Below, in pieces: positions 53,901 to 64,000 of a DNA stretch of 64,000 bases. The position numbers and the translations under genes were made by a program. How positions within the stretch are numbered: position 1 is the stretch's first letter; every line of letters begins with the position of its first letter. The stretch covers positions 109,864,001 to 109,928,000 of the forward strand of contig NC_086373.1 in assembly GCF_036588685.1 (NCBI RefSeq), given 5' to 3'. Under the pieces are notes generated by a model. It ran no database searches, was not told where the DNA came from, and was given only the letters and a program-made list of their open reading frames with translations. Origin of the DNA: Mytilus trossulus. Lineage: Eukaryota.

Positions 53901-55980
53901 ACGTCGTTGTTGTGACCATGCACAATATGTATGAGCTTTTTGTTTATGATTATATAAGATTTATGTAAGAAATCTTAAAACGAAAGGTTGGCAACATGAT
54001 TGTCTAATGAAATTTCTATAAAGATCCAGATTTTTATATTTACACTTCACAAAAAAGCATGTTGAAATCAACGACATTCAACGGAACTCCTTTTAGGTTT
54101 TTCTATAAAACATAAAAGTTTATGTACTGACAGCACTGTCTGTGTTTATGTGACATATGTTTCTCCCTCGATAAAAAGGATAGGAATAAAAACATGATAG
54201 ATATTAAGTTCAGTTATTATAACAGGTCATGTCAAAACCAGACTTTGAAGTGGAGTCAGGCGGACTTTTGAATTCATTACTAAGATAAATGATCTTAAAC
54301 CATATAATATAAAAATTTTAATGAACAAACTATTGACACTGATGAAGATCCGGTTAGCTTCTTTCAGTTTTTATCAGTGTTATAGATTTAGCAAAGCTAT
54401 ATTTCATAATTTATATACTATGATATTGATAATAAACTATTAATATCACAGTTTAAATATGAAAAATACACATAACTCATTTACTGTCTTATATATCAAT
54501 GCTAATATGTATCTATTTTTTATTGTTCAAAATGATCTTGCTTGGTTTGAATTTAGTGAGTTAGCATTTAAATGTCAATTTGTAGTGTTCTTTTGTATAA
54601 CTGAAGATTTTTTTCCGACCTAGGTACGGATATGGGGATATGCACTATTAGTAGTAGCTCTGTTTTAATATAACGCCTAAGCTGTAAAATTGAAGTGCTT
54701 ATCGTAAGCATACAAACAAAAAGAGTTGATATTAGAGTTTTACGATTTGATTAGTTTCAGTTATTTAGTAATGGCTTCATCCGTATTCAGTACCACGATA
54801 AGTTCAATTAATGTTCACTGTATTCTCTCGGTGAAATAGTTCTAATTAGAGTAATCAAACAATAAAATATAAACATTATCTTTAACTAATCAATAATCTT
54901 CCAGAGAAGTAAGTAAACGTTGGTTGATATCTTAAAGGCTTTCTTGTCGTACACAATACCATTTCTTCTTTTTTTTAATTAAAACAAAAAATGATCGTAA
55001 TATATTCTTTTAAATAACGAAAAAAATATACCCGAAGAAGGATACAGACATAATCTACAGCACAAGCTTCCACCGAGCAACGATATATGATTTATTTTTT
55101 TATCTAAATCATTTAAAATAACAATTTCCTCAGAGAGAGGGAGAGAAAAAAGAAGACGATATATTTTGGCTGACGGCAGTAAAAATAAAAATTATTATAC
55201 CAGATCCATCCTCACCGTGTACTACACGTTGGACGTATTTGTAATTGATCAATTGTGTTCATAAATATCTTTTGAGGAAAACAATTTTGAAAACAAAATA
55301 TATAACTGTTATATAAGATTAGAGTGAAAGGTTACGAAGGACACGATCTTTGAAAGAACAGTGATATTTTTAATTGACGGGATTCATTTGAGTAAAAAAA
55401 CAATTAAAACCAATCATACTGTTCTTTGTTATAACAATGGTATTCAGACATTGTCAGAAACTACATGGCATAAATTACTTAATAATGAAAACGGAAAACA
55501 AACACTTGACATTTCATAGTAATTTTTAGAGACTGTTCTTCAAGTGAGATGTTAAGCTCGCTCTAAAACCAGGCTTTATTCTTCATTTAATTTGTACCAA
55601 CTGAATGTACCAATTCGGGTATAATATAGTTTGTTTGGTGTGTTTAAGATTTTGTTTTACTACTTAATAAGGAACGTTCCCTTTGCAATTTTCCCGTAGT
55701 GTAGTATTTCTGTTTTCTTTTCTTTAATGTAACAGACAAACGAATACAAACTACATAAATATCATTTATAGATATAGTATTTTTTATTGACATCTTTTTG
55801 GAACTTATAAGATATATGCACATTCTTGGCATCAAAAAATAAAAGAATAAGGTTATGATTGGCATACAATGACATAGCGATTAAATAAAACATACTGGTT
55901 TCTACAAAGGACACGTGATTAACTGGTAGATCTAACAATATATAAGGGAATACGAATTCAATTGAAAATTGGTGTGAGTG

Positions 55981-56563
55981 AAAGAAGTAGGTCCTGAAAG
56001 ACCCCTTTTGACCCCCCAAAAAAAAAACAGTTTTACAAAATTGTTAAAATGTATACTTTTAGTTATTTATTGGACAGTAGAATGCATCTGCTACATAAAT
56101 ATGGGCTCTAATTGACAATAAAATGCACATATCGGGTATTAGTACCATTAAGTCATGCTAAATTACTGAAATCGTCACAATTCTAGCATTTTAGTTAAAT
56201 TTTAGACGGTTTTCGTGTAAAACGAAAGTGGCTGCATTCGTGTGCATCCTTTATATTGAAATGTAAGTTGTATTTTATGATAATACATAACATATATAAA
56301 GATTGAGGATAAACACGGATGCGACCACTTTCATTTTTGACAAAAACCATCGGAAAAGTGACTTTTCCGGCATATTTGATAGATATTTCATATTTGAGCC
56401 TAAATCGGATCGGTTTTAATGACTTAATCAGTTAAAATCTTTCACATATACTAATTGATTAAGATGAAATAGACCCTTAAATGTTTTAAAAGTGGTCAAA
56501 ATCTTTCGTCAGATGAACCTGAAATTTGAGGCCAAAATCGGTCCTTACCGGACGTACTCCTTT
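55981..56563. mobile_element. TIR element (MITE) of about 580 bp
   Basis: Imperfect TIRs aaagaagtaggtcctgaaagacc and ggtccttaccggacgtactccttt; inner near-inverted ggctgcattcgtgt and acacggatgcgacc. Confidence 0.6.
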
Positions 56564-57401
56564 GCCTGTGTACCAACGAGCATATCAATGGATTTTTGTT
56601 ATAAATAAGATAAGTCTGCTTGCAAAATACTATATTTACCGAACAAAACTCTGAGAAGTATTGCCAAATTCAAATGCTTTCTGAAACTATTCAAAAGTAC
56701 ACATGAACTTAGAAAAATACATTTTTTTCTGAGAAATATATCACACTGAAGCGATCAGATCACAGACGATCCAAGAGTAAGAATAGTTGCACTGATTTAT
56801 TCTTCATAGCTTCTTTATATGTGCTAGAGAAAATGAATTATAAAAGCACAATATTAAGTTTCTTGGTTTATTCTAATTAAAAGAATTAAACTCATTCAGT
56901 GTAATTAACTGGTTGTGTCTGTATTTGCCCTGTTATAGATTCTCTATCAGCTTTATGGTCCTGAACTTTTCGAGTTTCGGGCCAAAACAGCTTAAATCGA
57001 ATCTTTGATAGGGCCAAAACAGAAACAGTCAGTTATTCAACTTGATGAAGATAGTCCAAAAAATACACACGGAGCGGTTCAAATACTAGTTATTTCTAAA
57101 CAAATACGCATACAATGAGCTTTAATGAGAGTGTATAGTATCATACCATCGGTTGAAATACAAATAATATTCATAATATGCTTTCCGAGAGAGGCAGGTG
57201 CTGTTTTTGAACTCTGATTTGTACATGAGTTAATGTTGGTCTCTCTTATTATTATGTTTAAAGGCTGACTTCTGGCCTAAATGTGCGACACTTTAATGTG
57301 TACTTATAACTACAATTCGATCTTCCCTATAATAATTTATATATATAACAATTCAATGTTTTGGTTATTTTATGTTATCTTTTCGCACTAAGTGATTAAG
57401 A

Positions 57402-57664
57402 AATAAGAATGTGTCCCTAGTACACGAATGCCCCACTCGCACTATCATTTTCCATGTTCAGTGGACCGTGACATTTGGCATTAAAATTAGAAAGATCATA
57501 TCAACTTCATCAAAAACTACCTTGACCCAAAAACTTCAACCTGAAGCGGGACAGAAGGACGGACGGACGGACGAATGAACGAACAGACGAACGGACAAAC
57601 AGACGAACGGACGCATAGACTAGAAAATGTAATGCCCCCTACTATCGTAGGTGGGGCATAAAAA
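57402..57664 (+). mobile_element. Pearl/HINE-like (Helentron-associated) short element
   Basis: 5' aataagaatgtgtcc, internal (GACG/GAAC)n microsatellite and 3' hairpin atgccccctac..gtaggtggggcat followed by aaaaa. A fragment recurs at about 59150-59225. Confidence 0.7.
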
Positions 57665-57744
57665 CACAACGTTGCCCGCTGTTCCCAAATATTTGACACT
57701 TTTAACTATTATGTCTGTTTGCTTTTCTCCCTTCTTGTTGTTAA

Positions 57745-59877
57745 TCTATACTATTAAACGAGAAGACCTCCTTTTTGGTGCTGCTTCTCTTCCTTCCAAA
57801 ATAAATCAATCATAATGTCTCTGTGTCCTATAGGTAACATGCATAGTCGCATTTGTCATCCATTCTTACGACTATTCAGATTGAGTTATTTTGGGAGAAG
57901 AACGACAAAAAGGTGTCAGACCACCAATTACTCCCTCCAATTTAGAACGTATGTAAAAGTAGCCCTACTCTGACACAAAATAGTGCTTTTGATGTACTTG
58001 TTTACTTACACAAACCAACAAATATGCAGAAATGAAACTTTTGATGAAAGAGACATATATCGAGATCATTTTGAGCCAAAATTTACTTGTCTATGAGTTT
58101 GCATTAAAAATTGAGGATTAATGCGCTCCATAGTATACTAATTTTAGATTTTCAGAAAACCAGGTTTGTTTTTTTGAGTATCTCTGTTTGATGGTCAGTT
58201 AATTTGTTAGAAGGCTTTAAAGGTAGGGTGAAAATTGGCATGTAGAATGCTGATACATGTACAATTCAGGATATACCTGGTTTCTATGAAGTTAAACTTA
58301 AGATAAAATATTTAGAAAGCTGTGAAAATTGCAAAATTTGGTTGAACAGATCGGGATTTTTAATTGGTGGTCTAACACCAAAAGGAGTCCGGATATGATT
58401 CCGTCATCAGACTAAATTTTAGTCATGGATAAGACTTCCGATGCACAAAAACAACCAATCGTATGATAGATTACAAAAATGAAAAATAAATAAGCCAATT
58501 AGAGCGTTCTCCACATCATGGTGTTTAGATCGCAAGAACCACAACTACTATACCTCCTTATACAGGACAATTATTTTTCGCGTTTATCTACATGTAAAGT
58601 ACGATTATACTGCTTTAATATATAGAGACTCTCTGTATTCTGTCTACTGTTTTCTTTGTAATGTTTATTATCTAAGGGGTCATACCAGTTGCATATATAT
58701 TAAAATAAGTAAAACATGTGACACAAGTACAACCCAGATGCGGATTTAGGGGGGGGGGGGCTGTTTTGGGAAAAAAATTGGTTGCTTATATAGGGAATCA
58801 CTGAAGCGTGGCAGGAGCGGTCCCCCTCATAGGTTAGTCAGAGGGCCCCCTCTTATGAAAATTCCTGGATCCGCCACTAAAACAATCGTATGATAGATAT
58901 TAAAAATGAAAAACAAAAAAGCGATTCAGAGCATTCTCTATATCATGGTGTTTAGATCGCAAGAATCACACAATTATACCTCTTTAGAGAGGACAGTTAT
59001 TTACGCGTTTAATATCATGGTGCATGTTTAGATCGCAAGAACCACAACTATTAAACCTCCTTAGAGAGGGCAATTATTTTTTGCGTTTATCAGCATGTAA
59101 ACTACGATTGTAATACTTTAATATATAGAGACTCTGTATTCGACCTCGACCAAAAACTTTAACGTGAAGCGGGAGAGACGAGCGGACGGACGCACGGATG
59201 CACAGACTAGAAACATAATGCCCATGAAAGAGGCATATTGTTGAAAAGGAAAAAGTGATTTGGCAAAAATGAAAGTAAGGTAGAGATTAGAGGGAGGCAT
59301 GACCTTATCGAGACGTCGGGATTTGTGGATTGATCCTTACGGATCCGGGAATATATTTTTTCGATTTCGGGATATGAATTTCTTTTCAATTCTGCATTTC
59401 GGGATTTCATTGTTTATAGCCCGGGATTTCGGGATTAGGACCCCTCCGACCACCCCTCAAATTAGCCTTAGTCGGTCTTAGTCATTTATAAAAGATTCAT
59501 AGCATACCATTGACATGTTAATAAGGCTCTCAAAAGAAAAAGAACCGATGGATTGTTCTAGAAGCATATTCTATTAGATTAGAAATGGTCTACATATAAG
59601 CAGTTACATTTATTTTATGTTTGAAACAATGCAAATTTTTAATTTGATTTGACTTTTACCAAAAGAAGCATTGTAGCAAAGGAGAAGAATAATTGTGGTC
59701 TGAGGCCAGAAACACGAAAATAATTGAATTTAAAAGAAAGGAAACAAATATCGGACTTTAGGGAGAAGGCTTTTGATACCTTTTGTGAAATTCTCCATAC
59801 ATAATATCTTTTACAACGAATCATCCTACAACAGTTCAAAAGCTGTATATGCCCGCGATTTCGCGGGTGTGTTCTAG
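57745..59877 (+). mobile_element. Non-autonomous Helitron (about 2.1 kb) with nested insertions and internal repeats
   Basis: 5' end A|TCTATACTATTAAA; 3' hairpin cccgcgatttcgcggg followed by tgtgttCTAG|T. The block gtttagatcgcaagaa occurs three times (about 58523, 58950 and 59026). Confidence 0.78.
57912..58379. mobile_element. Same MITE family, copy 2, nested in a Helitron
   Basis: ggtgtcagaccaccaatta ... taattggtggtctaacacc, flanked by aaaa on both sides. Confidence 0.88.
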
Positions 59878-60760
59878 TATAATTGAATTTTACGAGCTTT
59901 TCATACACGTGAACATTTAAGCTAGCTAAAGAAACATGTTTATTCCAACAAATTCTACGTACGGAAATGCATAAAAGTCAGGAATATGACAATTGTTTTC
60001 TTTCGATTGATGTGTTTGTTCGTTTGATTTTGCCATTTGTAAATGGACTTTCCGTTATGAATTATCGTTGAAGTTAAGCATTTGTAAAAATTAAAGTGAA
60101 AATTTTAAAGAATAAAAGCGGATCCAGGTTTTATTCACCATTTAAATTGTCATGTTAAACACCATAGAATTAATAGAGGAGGTCAACTTAAATATTGTTT
60201 CCTTAAGCAAGTTAAATTCAAATAAAGATAATTCAGTTGTGATATTGAAATTGATTTTATGATCATGATACAATTGAGTTGTGATCAGAATTATATAATT
60301 TTTTGTCGTCAACAAATTTACAATATTGATGACGACAAAGGAGCGGTGTCAATTAAAACTTAAATATTAGTAAAAACAGACACATTTTTGAAAGGCAAAC
60401 TTTTAACCCTTTACAGTGCTACAATAGTTAAATAAAATACACAAATAACCACACAACTACATGTTATGAAGGATAAATACTAATACTACTCGAATAAAAA
60501 AGTTTATAATTTTGACCATATGAGATTGAATAATTCAAACAAAATAAGATAACATTCTCATCATAAGATTTTTTGGTTTTTGTGGAAAATTTTTATAATG
60601 AAATGTTCGGATTTATCCAATTGGATAAGGTGGTAAAAAATAATCCGTAGATTAAGACACTTAAAATATCTGTTTAGAAATTCTCAATATCTTTCGCTTG
60701 GAAAACTATCTTCAGAAATGCTCAATTGAAGGTAATGAGAAAATTCTCAAAGACATTTTT

Positions 60761-60980
60761 AAATTTTAGTTTCTTGTGTACAATTTGGAAATTAGTATGG
60801 CGTTCATTATCACTGAACTAGTATATATTTGTTTAGGGGCCAGCTGAAGGACGCCTCCGGGTGCGGGAATTTCTCGCTACATTGAAGACCTGTTGGTGAC
60901 CTTCTGCTGTTGTGTTTTTTTTTATTTTGGTCGGGTTGTTGTCTCTTTGACACATTCCCCATTTCCATTCTCAATTTTAT
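60761..60980. mobile_element. 220-bp interspersed element inserted in the duplicated segment
   Basis: Absent at the paralogous position (about 195). An inverted partial copy at about 63295-63378 is also absent from copy 1. Confidence 0.75.
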
Positions 60981-61270
60981 TTTCGGATTCATAATCTGAC
61001 AAAATCTACGAAATAGATGCTCAATTATCAAACATTTCTATTACGATATTGTCCTCCGTTACTTTTTGCCAAATTGAACTTAAGTTCTAATAACACACAT
61101 GTAGCGGACCAATAATTTAAATGATGTGCATACAATGGCACTTTTTTAAATAGTTGTATGCTTTTGGAAAGGGAAAGTGCTGTTTGTGAACTCTGGTTTG
61201 TGCATGCATTTAAATGGCCTTTCTCGACTATATTTTCCGATTCTATAATCTTATCCCTATAAGAGAGGGA

Positions 61271-61644
61271 TAATAAAATAAACGGTACCAATTTTTATGT
61301 ACCAGATGCGCATTTCGACAATACATGTCTCTTCAGTGATGCAAGTGGCCAAAATATTTGAAATCCAAAGCTTATATAAAAGATGAAGCGCTATAATCTA
61401 AAAGGTTCAAAAAGTATAGCCAAATCTGTCAAAGTAATCATAGCTTTGCATGAGTGAGATACATTCCTTAATTTATAATAATTTATAATATTTTGTAACA
61501 GCAAATTTTAATAACACAAAAAATCCGTATTTTCATGCCAGTACCGAAGTACTGGTTCCTGGGCTGGTGATACCCTCGCGGACTAAGAGTCCACCAGCAG
61601 AGGCATCGACCCAGTGGTAGTAATAAAATTACCGGTAGTACCAA
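61271..61644 (-). mobile_element. Full-length family 2 retrozyme monomer (350 bp plus about 20 bp terminal redundancy)
   Basis: taataaaataaacggtacca at 61271 recurs as taataaaattaccggtagtacca at 61621. It contains a hammerhead and the shared structured domain, and is absent at the paralogous site near 1340. Confidence 0.88.
61299..61342 (-). ncRNA. Type I hammerhead ribozyme, family 2
   Basis: Minus strand reads GCAUCA CUGAAGA GAC AUGUAUU GUC GAAA UGCGCAUC^UGGUAC, with compensatory changes relative to family 1. Confidence 0.9.
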
Positions 61645-64000
61645 TACATACTAGAGTGAGGTCAGTTTTATTATATATTTTAGTAGACTGTATGTATTAA
61701 AGGAGTGAATTTAATAGTTGGTTCTGTCCATGACGAAAAAACATAATAAATAAGGTGCATACTGATTACATATTAAACGGATGTAGCACATAGTTATTAC
61801 ACTTACAACATAAAATGTTACATGCTTGTTTTTTTCTTAATTTTTTTACATAAATAAGGCCGTTTGTTTTCTCGTTTGCTTTGCTTTTGTTTGTTGTTTC
61901 TGGACCTTTTATAATTGACTTTGCAGTATCAGCTTTTCTCGTTGTTGTCGATTATATTAGTTAAATTCTCTTCTACAAAATGTAGAGAGTTGTCTCATTG
62001 TCGATCATACCATATCTTCTCTTTTTATTTTATTTTCAACAATATACATAGGTCTTTACAGAATGCTAAGCTTTAAATCTTCATTTGTTTATAAAAGATG
62101 TGAATGAATATAACAAATAGATCCCGAGATGTACCACTTTCAAACACTTATCTTATAGTTTATTTCTATTTCTGGCTTTGTTTGCACATGTTACAGTGTT
62201 TAAGGAGGTCATTACCAAGCTATTTTATTAACAAGTAGATAATTACACTGTGATCAGTACATTTACAAGGATTTGAAGATTTTTAAAAAGATTTGTTTTT
62301 ATATAATGTTTAAAATATATATTTAGCAAGTATATTCAGTATGAAAATAAAGATTGATCGAATGGAGAACATGATAATTACCTACTTAAAACAGTAGTGC
62401 TGTAGGAAGCGTCCATAATTGCTTCCTTGCTTTAGATGGCTTTTAATTCATTTTCAGTTGATGATGTAACTTTTTGGATCCTCTCCCAATATTTTTTAAT
62501 AGGAAGTTACAACATTTATTTTATTAGTTACAAGGTGTGGCACTTTAGGTTTGTAAATCAATTTACTGGTTTCATCTTCTTTCATTTAAATAAATCGTAC
62601 AAATAAATCCACGAAACGTACCTCATATTTCGACACTGTAAATCATTTGACCACCAATGAAACTATTATATAAATTTAAAAATGGTTAAAATATGAAACA
62701 TGTCCAAACAATATTAAAGTAAAAACATGTAACCTGAACTCTTGCCTTTCTTTTTATGACTACTAGCTACATGTATATGATTGTGCTAACAAGGAAACTA
62801 TCTAGGGTTCCCTTCAATTTATTTTGATATTGAGCGTCTTGAGATCTTTTCTAAATCTACTCAAAACACGTTTTGTACGTATGAAATTTAAACATGCTGC
62901 CAAGCTTTAAGATAGATTTGAGATATGTTCAATGGTTGACGTTAAAGTGATTCAACCGAACTATACACTAATAGCTTGATCATAAATTTTCAATCCTGGT
63001 ATCTATGATGAGTTTATTACTTATATTTGTACAGGAAACCAACCTGATAGTTGTTTACTCCAGAGCGCGGAGTAAGAGTAATGATTCGTCGGTTTGTAGT
63101 CAAAAGAATGTCCCTTGGTAAAAAAAACAAAATCCCTTTGAAGGACATCTTCACACATTAAGAACTTTTAAATTAAAATTTAGTCCTAAACATTCATGTA
63201 TGGTTTGAATAATTCTGGTTTAGAGGTAGATAACCTCACATGTAGTGTTTTTTAATGTTTGAAATTGTTGAAAGATATGCTTCCATTTTACATCATAAAA
63301 TTGAGAAAGGAAATAGGGAATGTGTCAAATCGACAACAACCCAATCATAGAGCTGACAATAGTCGAAGGTCACCAATCAAAACACTTACGATCAATCTGT
63401 TTCAAGATTAAATTTTGTCTAATATACATTGGCAGCAGCTAATTTTAAGGTACTGATTCAGGAATTAATTTTACACCAGTTGTAATTCTGACTTGGGGAT
63501 TGCTTTCCATAAAAAAAATCAATATTGACTCTAAGATTGGGCGTTTTCCAGGAGCGGTACAGCCTCGGGATTTCATTGTACACCAGTTGTAATTCTGATT
63601 CGGGTATTGCTATCGATCAGAAGATCAGTATTGACTATTAATTGTGCGTTCTCCAGGAGTGGTACTGCTTCCGGACTTGTTTGCACATCGGATGCCACAT
63701 ATGAAGCAGAATCTGCTTTCCCTTCTGGAAATCCTGAGATCACTTCACGTGTTTTGTGGTGTTCGTGTTGCTTATTCGTTAGTTTTCTATGTTGTGTCAT
63801 GTGTTCTATTGTTTGTTTGTTTGTCTTCTTTCATTTTTAGCCAGGCGTTGTCAGTCTATTTTCGATTTATGTGTTTGACTAGCCCTCTGGTATCTTTCGC
63901 CCCTCTTTTGCAGTACTGACACAGGTACTCATTTCCACCAGCAGTGCAGTATTGCCACTTGGACTGATTATTCATTAGCAGTGGTACTGACTCGGGTTTT

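Larger units (their letters stand above)
60560..64000 (+). repeat. Diverged direct segmental duplicate of 1..~3675
   Basis: Colinear anchors: 14/60577 tttttgtggaaaattt; 2589/62618 gtacctcatatttcgacactgtaaatcat; 3198/63083 gattcgtcggtttgtagtcaaaagaatgtcccttggtaaa. The degenerate 34-bp minisatellite restarts at about 63445. Confidence 0.93.

Noticed and set aside
54336-54382. CTGATGA hammerhead core
   Set aside because: No downstream GAAA or stem II closure; only a simple acactgat/atcagtgt inverted repeat.
428-63919. The roughly 80 short ORFs in the supplied track
   Set aside because: Apart from those overlapping GPCR exons (6587, 17048, 32528) and the 53546 remnant, they are low-complexity, repeat-derived or antisense, and many use non-ATG starts.

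Overview
AT-rich, repeat-dense eukaryotic DNA. The repeat content suggests a bivalve mollusc, probably Mytilus (inference). The window holds one complete protein-coding gene, a 7-exon orexin/allatotropin-type class A neuropeptide GPCR on the + strand (CDS 6587..39942, 391 aa, all splice phases consistent). The most striking non-coding system is a family of about 350-bp hammerhead-ribozyme retroelements (non-LTR retrozymes). It includes a 4.5-copy head-to-tail array in intron 5, a second subfamily whose ribozyme covaries, and many fragments sharing one fixed end. Every intact ribozyme lies on the - strand. Other notable items: a 78-bp tandem array that reiterates the exon-4 splice acceptor, a 34-bp minisatellite upstream of the gene, and a diverged copy of the gene's upstream region at the window end, which predicts a tandem paralog. 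Also present are a tRNA-derived SINE with TSD, two non-autonomous Helitrons, a Harbinger deletion derivative, several MITEs and hairpins, and a probable Penelope-like RT remnant. Most short ORFs in the supplied track are spurious.
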